Below are positions 38,461-48,289 of a stretch of 64,000 nucleotides of DNA, in pieces (the first letter of the stretch is position 1; every line of letters begins with the position of its first letter). The translations under genes were made by a program, and so were the position numbers. This DNA is from Chloroflexota bacterium (lineage in GTDB: Bacteria; Chloroflexota; UBA11872), in NCBI GenBank assembly GCA_965220135.1, contig OZ244802.1, forward strand, positions 2,084,239-2,148,238, in the 5' to 3' direction. The notes below the pieces were generated by a model. That model was not told where the DNA came from, ran no database searches, and saw only the letters and a list, made by a program, of their open reading frames with translations.

Positions 38461-38484
38461 GACCGACTGCCCGGGCTGCGGAAG

Positions 38485-41400
38485 CTAAGTCGGTATCTCC
38501 CCCGCGTTTCTGCCGCCATCCGCCTTCCGCCGTCGCGCGACACCGACTGCCGCCAGCGCCGCAACCGCCCCCGCCAGCGTCCAGAACGTCGCCGCCAACT
38601 CCGGCAGAAAGTACGTGTGATCCACCAGCCCGTGGACAAGCGCCGCCGCCATCGCACCCGCCAGACCGAACGCCAGCGGATCGAGACCGCCGGTGCCGTC
38701 CCGCCGAATCCGCCTCCAATCCCACCAGAACAACACCAGCACCCCAAGCAGCGCCGCCAGCCCGATCACGCCCATCGAAACCCAGCCATCCAGGACCAGG
38801 TTGTGCGGGTGCGAGATGTTCGGCTCGCGCCACGCCTCCGGCCGCATGTACTCCCGGTAATGCGTCAGGAAGTTGTCCGGACCCACCCCGAACAGCCAGT
38901 TCTCGAGTCCCATCCGCCAGGCGCTGTCCCAGATCGCCAGCCGCGACACCGCCCCGCTATCCCCGATGCGCAGCAGCTGCCCGATCCGCTCAACCCCCGT
39001 GACCAGCACGATCCCCGCCAGGGCCGCAACTGATAAGCCCACCGCCGCCACCCGCCGTCTGACTCCGACCTGCGCCCACAGCGGACGCGCGGCCACCGCC
39101 AGTCCCACCAGCGCCCCCAGCCACGCCCCCCGGCTCCACGTCAGGACTAGCACGACCAGCAACACGGCCAGCGCCAGCAGCCAGAACCCGCGTGTTCTCG
39201 CCACCCGTCCCCATCCCCGACAACACCGCCCGCTGACCAGGGTGCTCGCGCCCGCGGCCAGAGCCAGGGCCAGCGCCAGCGGCGCCGCCCGTTCCAGCAC
39301 CAGCGCCAGGTTGTTCGGCGACCCGAACGTGCCCCGCACCCGCGGCGGAAATACCTCCGTGACCACCGCGCCAAACGGAATCAATACAAGCGCAACCAGC
39401 GCCGCCAGCGCCGCACCCGCCACCATCGCCGCCGCCAACCGGCGCACGTCATCCCGGTCTCGCAGAACCGAGACCAGCACCACGAAGAACGCCGCCGGCT
39501 CCAGGATCACCGTCCGCAGGTCCCGCAGCGCGAACTTCGGGTAGTCGGCCAGTGCCGCCGCCACGACCCCGGCCACGGCAAAGACGAGTACCGCCACCAG
39601 CCAGCGCACCGGCGGCGGGCGCGGCGACCCGCCCCACAGCGCCCGCACGATCCACGCGGCTACCACCGCCAGGATCAGGACTTCGCCCACGGGCCGGTCA
39701 AACACCCCCGTCCGCCCGATCACCCCCACAAACGGAATCGCCGCCACGGCCACCAATGCCGCGTCCCGCAGCCGCGCAACCGCCAGCACGCCAATGCCAA
39801 GCGCGAGCAGCATGCGAATGAGCGTCCACGCGGAGACCAATCCACCAGCCGGCAGCACCGCATACAGCACCGCCGCCACTGCCAGCACTGCCTCGCCCAT
39901 CCGCAGCGGGCCAACCCGCCGGTCCGTCCAACTCCACGACAGAGCTGTCAACGCCCGCTGAGCCCAGGACCACGTCCGGGCCGTCCACAACGCCAGCGCC
40001 GCAACCGCTGCCCACAGTCCACCAATGGCCAGCCACGGCCACGTAGGCCTCGCATTCCCCACGAGCAGCCCGTCAACAATCACAAGCCCCCCGCTCGAGG
40101 CCGGGTTGGACTCCGCCAGCACCGTCAGTTCCAGCGTGTGCAGACCCGGTGGCAACCGCGTGGCGATTGGAATCCGCGCCAGCGGCTCCACCCTCGGCGC
40201 ATATAGATCCAGGATCGACTCGCCTGCCGGGTTCCGCGGCAGCGCATCCGCCAGCGCGTCTTGCCCGTCGATCCGCGCCAGCACCCGCCCCATGTCGGGG
40301 CCCCGCCGCGTCAGTAGCCCCACGTCCGTGCCGTCAAACCGGAAACTCAAGCTCGCGCCCGCGACCCCGGTCTGCCGCTGAAGCGTCAGCGACGCCAGGT
40401 CGCTGGGCACTCGCGGCCACGGCCCCTCATAGCTCGCCGCCGCGTGCGTCTCCTGGTGCAGGCCCACACCTGCCGCCACTGGCCCGCCAAAAGCCGCCCG
40501 CACTGCTTCCAGGTTGGCCCGTGGGGTGAAGTCCTTGTCCATCAGGCGGAAGTACGGCGTGGGATCGCCTGGCCGCAAGTCCTCCGGCCAGCGCGAGGCC
40601 CAAATCACGATCGTCGGCATCCACGGCCACTGCTCGCGCGCCCGCCGGATCCCGTCCACCGTCCAGGCCGCCTGCACCTCGATCGGGTGGTTGCCCCAGA
40701 TGCCCGGGTCGCCGGTCCAGCCGGCCGGCAGCGACATCCACCCGTACTCGGTCGCCCACACCGGCGTTTGCGCGTCGCCAAACTCAACCATCACCTCTCG
40801 CCACAACACCGCCCGGGGAAAGTTGACGCGCTGATCGTCAATCAGGAAATCCCGTGGACCCGTCCACAGCCCGTACGACATGCTGGCCGCCACGTCGAAG
40901 TCGCCCTTCGCGCCCAGCAGGTACAACTGGCGCAGAAACAGCAGGTCGCTCAGGTTTTCGGGACCCGTCTCGATCGTCGGCGCCAGACCCGCCAGCACGA
41001 TGCGCGCCTCCGGGTCGGCCTCGCGAATCGCCCCGCCCACCGCCCGCAGCATCGCCAGGTAGTCGGCCGGATTCGGCGGCTGTCCACCCCACTCCCCGAA
41101 CAGGTTCGGCTCGTTCCAGACCTGGTAGTACCGGACCTTGCCCCGGTACCTCGCCGCCAACTCCCCGGCAAAGCGCGCGAAGTCCGCGTTGTCGGCCGGC
41201 GGCGCCTGCATCCACGGGTTTTCCCGTGGATCGAAGCCCGGCGTGGCCCAGCTCGGCGCCCGGTCCAGCCGCGCCAGGATCTCGATGCCTGCGTCCCGCG
41301 CCGCCTCCACGATGTGGTCGTACTTCACCCAGGCGTCCTGGCCGAGTTCCGGATGCTCGTCCGGATCCAGCGGCTCGAACTCCGCCCAGTTGAACTCCTG

Positions 41401-41607
41401 CCGTATCAGCCCCACGCCCGCCTGGCGCAACACCTCGAGTTCCCGGCGAACCTTGGCGGGATCCGGCTCCCGGTGCAGAAAGGTGTTGGCCCCGATGGCC
41501 GGCGCATCCGCGTCCCGAATCTCGCCCAGGTTCGCCGTGCCGTACGTCACCCCGCGGTTCAGCAGCGTCATGAGCGCCACCGCGCCAACCGTAACCGCGG
41601 CCGCCAC
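38485..41607 (-). CDS. fusion protein: N-terminal GH5-like (cellulase-family TIM-barrel) glycoside hydrolase domain fused to a C-terminal O-antigen ligase/polymerase-like polytopic membrane domain
   Basis: 1040 aa. The N-terminal about 450 aa are paralogous to 41669..42826 (YYQVWNEPN acid/base motif). The C-terminal about 500 aa has at least 10 TM helices with an LVLTWSRGAWLGALVG Wzy_C-like segment. Confidence 0.6.
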   Translation of the reverse strand: MAAAVTVGAVALMTLLNRGVTYGTANLGEIRDADAPAIGANTFLHREPDPAKVRRELEVLRQAGVGLIRQEFNWAEFEPLDPDEHPELGQDAWVKYDHIVEAARDAGIEILARLDRAPSWATPGFDPRENPWMQAPPADNADFARFAGELAARYRGKVRYYQVWNEPNLFGEWGGQPPNPADYLAMLRAVGGAIREADPEARIVLAGLAPTIETGPENLSDLLFLRQLYLLGAKGDFDVAASMSYGLWTGPRDFLIDDQRVNFPRAVLWREVMVEFGDAQTPVWATEYGWMSLPAGWTGDPGIWGNHPIEVQAAWTVDGIRRAREQWPWMPTIVIWASRWPEDLRPGDPTPYFRLMDKDFTPRANLEAVRAAFGGPVAAGVGLHQETHAAASYEGPWPRVPSDLASLTLQRQTGVAGASLSFRFDGTDVGLLTRRGPDMGRVLARIDGQDALADALPRNPAGESILDLYAPRVEPLARIPIATRLPPGLHTLELTVLAESNPASSGGLVIVDGLLVGNARPTWPWLAIGGLWAAVAALALWTARTWSWAQRALTALSWSWTDRRVGPLRMGEAVLAVAAVLYAVLPAGGLVSAWTLIRMLLALGIGVLAVARLRDAALVAVAAIPFVGVIGRTGVFDRPVGEVLILAVVAAWIVRALWGGSPRPPPVRWLVAVLVFAVAGVVAAALADYPKFALRDLRTVILEPAAFFVVLVSVLRDRDDVRRLAAAMVAGAALAALVALVLIPFGAVVTEVFPPRVRGTFGSPNNLALVLERAAPLALALALAAGASTLVSGRCCRGWGRVARTRGFWLLALAVLLVVLVLTWSRGAWLGALVGLAVAARPLWAQVGVRRRVAAVGLSVAALAGIVLVTGVERIGQLLRIGDSGAVSRLAIWDSAWRMGLENWLFGVGPDNFLTHYREYMRPEAWREPNISHPHNLVLDGWVSMGVIGLAALLGVLVLFWWDWRRIRRDGTGGLDPLAFGLAGAMAAALVHGLVDHTYFLPELAATFWTLAGAVAALAAVGVARRRKADGGRNAGEIPT

Positions 41608-41668
41608 CGCTACGGCCGCCGGCAGCAGCCAGGCGCGCTGCGGTCGCAGTAGGTTTCTCAGCTTCGTC

Positions 41669-42826
41669 CTATGGGAATGAAGCGCCGGTCGCGGCGCGTT
41701 GCACGGCCCGATAGACCAGCCGTGGCGTGAAGTCCGGTTCCACCATGCGGAAGTAGTACTCGCTCTCGTCCGGCTGCAGGGCCGCCAGCGGCTTACGGAA
41801 AAACCACAAATTGAATACGCCGGCCCACGGCCAGTGGGTCAGGGCGTACTGCACGCCCTCCACGGTCCACTCGGCCTGCGTCTCTTCAGTTACGCGCCGC
41901 CATACGAGCTTGGCTGGGTTCATGTCTGCCGGCGATGCATTCCAGCCATATTCATTGAACCAGATCGGCCGGTTGCGCAGACCGAATTCCACCATCAACT
42001 CGCGCACAAACTCCACGCGCCTGAAGTTCAGCACATCCGGATCCGGCGGAGCGTCCGGCGGATGCTCCAGACCAAAGGCGTTGGCTGCCTGAACATCCAG
42101 GTGGTCGCCGGCGCCGGCCTCATACAGCCGCTGCAAATAGCGAATCTCGTCCATGGCCCGGGGACTGTTCTCCAGCGTGGCGGCCATCGGCGCGGCGATC
42201 ACCACGTTTTCCCTGTCCACGCTCTTGATGGCCAGGTTGGCCGTCTCCAACATTCGTGCATAGGCGCCCGGCTGCGGCGGCGACCCGCCCCACTCGTGCG
42301 CCAGGTTCGGCTCGTTCCAAATCTGATAGTGACGTACCCGCCCGCGGTAGCGCGTGGCAAAGGCCGTAAGGAATCGTCCATAGTCGCGCAAGTCAACCGG
42401 CGGCGCCGTCGGATTGGATTGATTGCCTCGCGCCCACGCCGGCGCTCGGTCGATCCGCGCAATGATGTCGACTCCCACCTCTTCAGCCAGGTCCACGATC
42501 TGGTCGTACTTCTCCCACGTCGACCGGCGCGCCGCATCGTTGAAGTACTGCCCCCGGGCCGGAGTCTCAATGTCGGCCCAGGGCGCGTGCTGCTTGATCC
42601 AGCGGATGCCGGCGTCACGCACCATTTCCAGGGTCTGTCGACGCTTCCAGGTCTCGACCTCGAGATCTAGAAACGTGTTGGCTCCCCACGGCCAAACATT
42701 GGCCAGGGCGATTGAACTTGCCTGTGTGCGCCGCACCGACGTATCGCCGCACGCGCTGAACGCCGCCATCGCCGCCGCGGCCGCACTCCCGGCCAACAGG
42801 TCGCGGCGACCGATCCCGCGCCTCAC
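41669..42826 (-). CDS. secreted GH5-like glycoside hydrolase, Tat-signal lipoprotein
   Basis: MRRGIGRRDLLAG...AAFSAC (twin-arginine motif plus lipobox) and HYQIWNEPN. Its GTG start overlaps the upstream stop (GTGA). Confidence 0.65.
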   Translation of the reverse strand: MRRGIGRRDLLAGSAAAAAMAAFSACGDTSVRRTQASSIALANVWPWGANTFLDLEVETWKRRQTLEMVRDAGIRWIKQHAPWADIETPARGQYFNDAARRSTWEKYDQIVDLAEEVGVDIIARIDRAPAWARGNQSNPTAPPVDLRDYGRFLTAFATRYRGRVRHYQIWNEPNLAHEWGGSPPQPGAYARMLETANLAIKSVDRENVVIAAPMAATLENSPRAMDEIRYLQRLYEAGAGDHLDVQAANAFGLEHPPDAPPDPDVLNFRRVEFVRELMVEFGLRNRPIWFNEYGWNASPADMNPAKLVWRRVTEETQAEWTVEGVQYALTHWPWAGVFNLWFFRKPLAALQPDESEYYFRMVEPDFTPRLVYRAVQRAATGASFP

Positions 42827-43695
42827 GTCAGTTCCGCCTCGAGTTCCAGGCCCAACCCCACCAGGTAATCGCGCGAAATCTGAACGCTGGCCGAGGGATC
42901 GCGTCCCGGCCGGTCATGCCCAACCGCCAGCCAGCCGTCGTATTCCCGTTCCCGCAGGAGGCTCACAACGCCTTCCACGTCCACATCCCCGTCCCCCAGC
43001 TCGAGGAAGCCTCCGGCCTCCCAGAACTCTTCCAGCGAGCCCTTGGCCCACATGTGCTGTTCCAGCAAGTCCACGTCCAGGTCCTTGAGGGTCACGTACG
43101 CGATGCGGTCAGATTGCCGGCGCACGAAGTCCAGCGGGTCCACCCCCGCGTAGGTCAGGTAGCCGATGTCCGGCGCCAGTCGCAGGTTGTCCGGATCCGT
43201 CATGCCAATCAGCTGGTCCATCTCGTCGCCGGACTCGACGTACGACCCGAGTTGATTGCGGAACAGCAGCGGCAGTTCAAAGTCTCGCTGCGTGATGTAC
43301 GCCGCCTTCGTCAGCGAGTCCGCCAACTGTGTCCACTGGTAATCCAATAACCCATCCTGCCGTTCGGTTGTGACGTGACCTGCCGTGAGCATCCGCTCGG
43401 GCACCGGGCGCGACGACGTAATCAGGAAGCGCGCGCCAATGTCCGCATAAAACTCGGCCGCCCGCTGCAACTGATCGAATTCGATGTCCTGGTACATCTC
43501 CGCGAACCAGTTGGCAAAGAACCGGCCGGCCGTAACCTCCAGCCCCTCATCGGCCAACACCCGACGCGCCATCGGCACGTTCCCGGCCAGGTCGCCCACG
43601 CCCTCAATCCCCGCGTACCCCGCGTCCCGCGCCTCTTCCGCAACCTGGGCGAACGGACTCTCGCCCCAGATGGTGGCGGTGATGGCGACGCGCAC
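42823..43695 (-). CDS. sugar phosphate isomerase/epimerase (xylose-isomerase-like TIM barrel)
   Basis: 290 aa with an AP_endonuc_2-like pattern. Confidence 0.65.
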   Translation of the reverse strand: MRVAITATIWGESPFAQVAEEARDAGYAGIEGVGDLAGNVPMARRVLADEGLEVTAGRFFANWFAEMYQDIEFDQLQRAAEFYADIGARFLITSSRPVPERMLTAGHVTTERQDGLLDYQWTQLADSLTKAAYITQRDFELPLLFRNQLGSYVESGDEMDQLIGMTDPDNLRLAPDIGYLTYAGVDPLDFVRRQSDRIAYVTLKDLDVDLLEQHMWAKGSLEEFWEAGGFLELGDGDVDVEGVVSLLREREYDGWLAVGHDRPGRDPSASVQISRDYLVGLGLELEAELT

Positions 43696-44496
43696 CTAAG
43701 CCTCGTTAGATGACTTCCGTACAGACCGCCCGCTGAGCGATTCCTGCGGCAGCACCTTCACGGGAGGTCTGGCTGGCGCTGGGCCCGCGGTGTCCTGGGG
43801 CTTTTCCGGCGTGGCTTCAGGGCTGGGCGCCTTGGGAGTCGCCGGCGCCTCACTCACGGCCGCGGATGTCTCGGCCGCCTGAACGGCCTTGACAGCGTCG
43901 GGATCGGGCTTGGCCGGGGACCGTCGTCGCGACCGCCGTCGCGGCGGCGGGTCCAGGCGCGGCCGGGCGTTCCCGCGCTCCGTTGGCAGGTCGCGGCGGC
44001 CGGGGCCCTCGCTGCGCACCGATTCCAGCACACTCGCAAACTCCACCACGTCATCCGCCGCCTCCACCAGCGCCGGCGGCGCCAGTTCGCGGCTCGTCAC
44101 CAGTTCAACCCGCACCCCTCGCCGCTGCACCGCCTCAACCAGCACGGTCAGATCGGCATCGGTGGTCAGCAGGCTCAGCGCATCCACGTGCGGCGCCAAT
44201 TCCAGCGCGTCCACCGCAATGTCCACGCCCAGGCTGGCCCGGCGCACGCCATCCGCGCGCAGCCGCAGCGGCTTCGCGATCACCTTGAACCCTTCAGCCG
44301 CCAGCAGGCCCAGGCGCTGCTCCGTATCCGGGCGATCATCGTCACGCACACCATAGGCCGCCGCCCGCACCAGCCGGCGATCCCTGGTCAGCTGCTCCCG
44401 CAAGCGCGCATAGGCTACGCGCACCCCGTGATGCCCTGTCATCACGTCCAGCGACGCCAAATCAACAAAGAGCGCCCCTCGCGGCAATATTTCCAT
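43696..44496 (-). CDS. NYN (LabA-like) domain protein with a disordered Pro/Ala/Arg-rich C-terminus
   Basis: An N-terminal about 160 aa NYN/PIN-like fold (ALFVDLASLD...TTDADL) followed by a low-complexity tail. Confidence 0.55.
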   Translation of the reverse strand: MEILPRGALFVDLASLDVMTGHHGVRVAYARLREQLTRDRRLVRAAAYGVRDDDRPDTEQRLGLLAAEGFKVIAKPLRLRADGVRRASLGVDIAVDALELAPHVDALSLLTTDADLTVLVEAVQRRGVRVELVTSRELAPPALVEAADDVVEFASVLESVRSEGPGRRDLPTERGNARPRLDPPPRRRSRRRSPAKPDPDAVKAVQAAETSAAVSEAPATPKAPSPEATPEKPQDTAGPAPARPPVKVLPQESLSGRSVRKSSNEA

Positions 44497-44571
44497 TAGC
44501 AGTTCTCCTTAGCGCGGGGGCCGCCCGCGCAAAACGATAGTGGACGCCAGCGCCCGGCTCGTTGCGGACGG

Positions 44572-45609
44572 CTAGCGTTTCCTGGCTCTCAGCGTGTTCA
44601 CAACGTCCACCGTGTCCACCGTCCCCAGCACGCGCCCCTCTTCGACCACGAAGAAGAGCCGCCGGTCCGTCTCATACGCCTTGTCGATCACCACGCTCAA
44701 CTGATCGTCCGGCGCCACCACCGCCATCAGGTCAACCGGGCGCGCAATGTCCCGCAGCACTGTATACAGCCGTTCTTCCAGCGGCACGTCCCGGACGTCG
44801 TCCCCTTCCAGCATCCCGATCAGCTTCCCCGCCGAGTCCAGCACCGGCCGCAGGCCAAACCGGTCGTGATACAACCCGCGCTCGATGAACTCCTGCACGC
44901 TCCCGTCGCCCGGCACCGCCCCGGTCTCCGGTCGCACCAGGTCCCGAACCCGATACCGGTGCAGTTGCTGCCTCAAAATCGCGTCCCGATAGCCCCCGCG
45001 CGCCGCCGACCACAGAAACCACCCAATCACCCCGGTCCACAGCGACTGCACCGCCCCGCCCAGCAGCAGGAACTGGATCAGCCCAAACGCCATCAGCGCC
45101 GCGCCCAGCGCCGAGCCCACAAAGCTCGCCACCCGCGTGCCGCGCACCACGTCCCCCGTCAGCGCCCACACGATCGACCGCAAAATCCGCCCGCCGTCCA
45201 GCGGGAACCCCGGCAGCATGTTGAACACCGCCAGCGCCAGGTTCATCTCCCCCAGCCAGCGCGCCGTCACCGCCGGAATCGTCGCCGCGTCCATCTGATC
45301 GCCCAGCGCCAGGAACAGCCCGCCCAGCGCCGCGCTCGTCAACGGGCCCACCACCGTGATCAGGAACTCCTGCCCCGGCCGATCCGGCTCTCGAGCCATC
45401 TCCGCCAGCCCGCCGAAAATAAACAGCCGGATGCTCCGCACCGGAATCCCCGTCCGCACCGCCACCACCGTGTGCGCCGCCTCGTGCGCCACGATCGACC
45501 CGAAAAACAGCAGGCTCGTCACCACGCCGCCGGCCCACACCGCCGGCCACGTCACATCCAGCCGAACGCCCTCGCTCAGGCTCGCATCGATCAGCCGCAC
45601 CGGGATCAC
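44572..45609 (-). CDS. site-2 protease (M50 family) with tandem CBS domains
   Basis: HEAAH zinc motif in TM helices, and a C-terminal CBS pair. Confidence 0.7.
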   Translation of the reverse strand: MIPVRLIDASLSEGVRLDVTWPAVWAGGVVTSLLFFGSIVAHEAAHTVVAVRTGIPVRSIRLFIFGGLAEMAREPDRPGQEFLITVVGPLTSAALGGLFLALGDQMDAATIPAVTARWLGEMNLALAVFNMLPGFPLDGGRILRSIVWALTGDVVRGTRVASFVGSALGAALMAFGLIQFLLLGGAVQSLWTGVIGWFLWSAARGGYRDAILRQQLHRYRVRDLVRPETGAVPGDGSVQEFIERGLYHDRFGLRPVLDSAGKLIGMLEGDDVRDVPLEERLYTVLRDIARPVDLMAVVAPDDQLSVVIDKAYETDRRLFFVVEEGRVLGTVDTVDVVNTLRARKR

Positions 45610-45774
45610 CGACGTCGCCGTTGTCCACGTTACAAACCCAAAAATGATCAGCCAGCTGGCGTCAATGTTGAATTCCGTGCCGCCAACCTTGAATAGCCGC
45701 CATAGACCGAACGGTGTCCGCCCGCGACCGCCGGCCCGCTCTTGGGTCCGGTTCTCGCGTGAGTCGCGCAGTGC

Positions 45775-45960
45775 CTAGCCTCCGACTCCTGTGCCCAACG
45801 CGGGCGCGATCAGCGACACAATCAGCATAAGCACCGCCAGCAACGCCAGGATTGACCAGACCCCCGACAGCGTGATCCACCGCCGCGGGTTAAACCGCCG
45901 CGTTTTGCGCTCCTCGTCCGGCCGAACCCGTCGACGGCGCCGCCGGCGCCTTGCGCTCAC
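45775..45960 (-). CDS. small membrane protein with Arg-rich N-terminus (61 aa)
   Basis: MSARRRRRRRRVRP... followed by a single TM helix. It overlaps the upstream stop by 4 nt. Confidence 0.3.
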   Translation of the reverse strand: MSARRRRRRRRVRPDEERKTRRFNPRRWITLSGVWSILALLAVLMLIVSLIAPALGTGVGG

Positions 45961-46706
45961 GCCCTGGCCGCCGCGCGCCGGGGGCTCCGCGACCCGTTCC
46001 GCGAACCCATGTGCAAACCCGTCGCCGACGACAGGTCAAACCAGTCGTTCGCCGCCACCCGCAAGTCCTCCGACATCGCGTCCGCGAACGAATACGCCTC
46101 CACCCGCAGCCCGTGCTCCCGCAGGTAATCCACCATCGGCACGTAATCCCCGTCACCTGAAACCAGCGCCACCACGTCCATCGTCGGCAGCCGCCGGATC
46201 ACATCCATCACCAGCACGATATCCAGGTCCGCCTTCCGCGCCCCGTCCGCGAACACCTTGATCGGCTTCGTGACGATGTCGTACCCCTTCTCCCACACCG
46301 GCGCCACCGAGCGCTGATGCTCCAGCCGCCCCGCAAAATCAGCATAAATCGGGCAATACGCCCGTGCGTGGATCAGCCGACGGTCCGCCGTCACCTCGTC
46401 CAGCAGCTTCTTGAAATCCAGCCGGATTGGATCGTCCGGATCCCGGTCGCTCACATTCGCCGTGTCCACAAACACGCCCAGCCGCAACTGCGGCCCTGAG
46501 TGCGCCGTTCCCGACTGATTCCGCATCGCCCCCGCCATCCGCGTCAGCTCGCGCGCCGAATTCGCCAGCGCCCGCTCGCCCGGCCGTTCTTTTGAGATCA
46601 CATCCTTCAGTTCGTCCACCAGCATTCGCAGGTCCTGGCCGTCCGACGACACCTCGTCGCCCATGTCCAGGTCAATGTCTTCGGGAATAGCCGATACGCG
46701 TCGCAT
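45957..46706 (-). CDS. NYN (LabA-like) domain protein, second paralogue
   Basis: LGVFVDTANV...LVSGDGDYVPMVDYL, NYN-type. Confidence 0.6.
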   Translation of the reverse strand: MRRVSAIPEDIDLDMGDEVSSDGQDLRMLVDELKDVISKERPGERALANSARELTRMAGAMRNQSGTAHSGPQLRLGVFVDTANVSDRDPDDPIRLDFKKLLDEVTADRRLIHARAYCPIYADFAGRLEHQRSVAPVWEKGYDIVTKPIKVFADGARKADLDIVLVMDVIRRLPTMDVVALVSGDGDYVPMVDYLREHGLRVEAYSFADAMSEDLRVAANDWFDLSSATGLHMGSRNGSRSPRRAAARA

Positions 46707-47287
46707 TACTTGTCACTCTTTCGCGTGGAACCCGAGGCCGACGCCTTCCGCGGCGTTTGCTGGCCCGTGCTGTTCTTGCCCTGGTGCTCATCCGCCAGGT
46801 CCTGCAACCGTCGATCGATCTCGTTCTGCCGCGCTTCCTCGCGCTTCTCGCACTCCTCGCGCCGCCGCTTGATATCCGCCGCGTCCGGCGCAAACGACTC
46901 CAGCGCCTCCCAGATCGCGTTAATCCGGTCCGTATTCCCCCGGATCTCCAGGTTCGAGTTGAACGCCACCTCCGTCATCTCCTCAATGAACCCGGCCAGC
47001 CGCTTCTCCAGCGCCTCCACCTGGTTCCGCGTCTGGAACAGCGAGGTATCCAGCGACTTATCGCCGCGCTTGTACTGCCGCTCCGTGTCCACCACCTGCT
47101 TCCGCAATTCGCCGAAATTCTCCCGCAGCGCATTCAGATTGCGCGCGATCATCCGGTGATGCGTCAGGTGCGAGACCGTCTTATCCGAACTTCCCTTCGC
47201 GGCCGCCTCGGTTCCATTGGCCGAAGTCGCCGCGGTATCTGTTGACGCGCGCCGGCTACGCCGTGCACGCGAGCTCCTTGAAGCCAT
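46706..47287 (-). CDS. coiled-coil hypothetical protein
   Basis: 193 aa, charged, with heptad-like repeats. No recognisable domain. Confidence 0.4.
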   Translation of the reverse strand: MASRSSRARRSRRASTDTAATSANGTEAAAKGSSDKTVSHLTHHRMIARNLNALRENFGELRKQVVDTERQYKRGDKSLDTSLFQTRNQVEALEKRLAGFIEEMTEVAFNSNLEIRGNTDRINAIWEALESFAPDAADIKRRREECEKREEARQNEIDRRLQDLADEHQGKNSTGQQTPRKASASGSTRKSDK

Positions 47288-48266
47288 GAGTTAAAGCCGT
47301 CTCCATTTCGTTGGTCTTCAGGTTTCGTCCAATCACGTCGATGTACAGCGGCGCCGATCCGAACCGTCGGACCTCCCAGGCGCCCAGCACTACATCAACC
47401 AGCGCGCAGCCCTCCGCGGCGGGCATAAACCCCTTCGCGCGAACCACCTCGCCATAAACCCCCGCCGCCAGGTCGCCCACAAACGAGTCGACCCGCTCCG
47501 CGGGCAATCCACTGGTGTCCAGCACCAGCCGTTCCAATCCACTCCCAACCAAATCGTCATGCGGAACCCGCGAGTCAAGGTCCACATCATTGCCAGGTCC
47601 GGCCCTTCGCACGCCGCCTTGACGGATGGCCGCCAGCAAGACGTCCGGATGGACCTCGCAGAACGTCGTATCCACAATCGCCGCCTCGGCATTCAATCCG
47701 CGCGCCCATGCCCGCGCGTCCTGCCGCTCGGCGTCACTCGCCGCATCCGCCTTATTCACCAGCACCAGGTCCGCGTGGCGTACCTGGTTCGGAAAAAACT
47801 CACCCAGGTGATCCCGCACCAGCGCATACCGCGTCGCATCCAGCACCGTAATCACCGAATCCACGTCCACAATCGACCGCACCGCGGGACTCGCGAACAC
47901 GTGCGCCAACGTATCCGGCGAGGCCAGGCCCGTCGGTTCAATCACCAGCCGCTCCGGGCGCACCGATCGATGAATCTCATCCAGCGCCACCATCAGGTCG
48001 CCGCGCACCTCACAGCACACGCACCCGCCCACCAGTTGACGCACCGTCAGGTCATCCGAGGCCAGAACCACTTGATCCACGCCTTCAATCCCAAACTCAT
48101 TAACCAGCAGCGCCGTCGACTCCAGGGAAGCCAGTTGAGGAACCAGCGAACGCAACAGCGTCGTCTTGCCCGCCCCCAGGAACCCATACACGATGGTCGC
48201 CCTCATCGCGTGTCGGCTCCTTCGCCGGCGCCAGCCCATCCGGGGCATCCCGCCCACCCGGCGCAC
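47256..48266 (-). CDS. CobW/COG0523-family GTPase (putative metallochaperone)
   Basis: GFLGAGKTTLL P-loop, GCVCC motif and a C-terminal CobW_C-like domain. The likely start is ATG at 48206. Confidence 0.75.
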   Translation of the reverse strand: MRRVGGMPRMGWRRRRSRHAMRATIVYGFLGAGKTTLLRSLVPQLASLESTALLVNEFGIEGVDQVVLASDDLTVRQLVGGCVCCEVRGDLMVALDEIHRSVRPERLVIEPTGLASPDTLAHVFASPAVRSIVDVDSVITVLDATRYALVRDHLGEFFPNQVRHADLVLVNKADAASDAERQDARAWARGLNAEAAIVDTTFCEVHPDVLLAAIRQGGVRRAGPGNDVDLDSRVPHDDLVGSGLERLVLDTSGLPAERVDSFVGDLAAGVYGEVVRAKGFMPAAEGCALVDVVLGAWEVRRFGSAPLYIDVIGRNLKTNEMETALTHGFKELACTA

Positions 48267-48289
48267 AGCACACCAACGCCCGGCAGACC

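Larger units (their letters stand above)
37789..38484. repeat. tandem duplication (about 365-bp unit) containing the two small genes
   Basis: 37930-38110 and 38295-38475 are near-identical at the nucleotide level, including the leader sequence. Confidence 0.6.
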
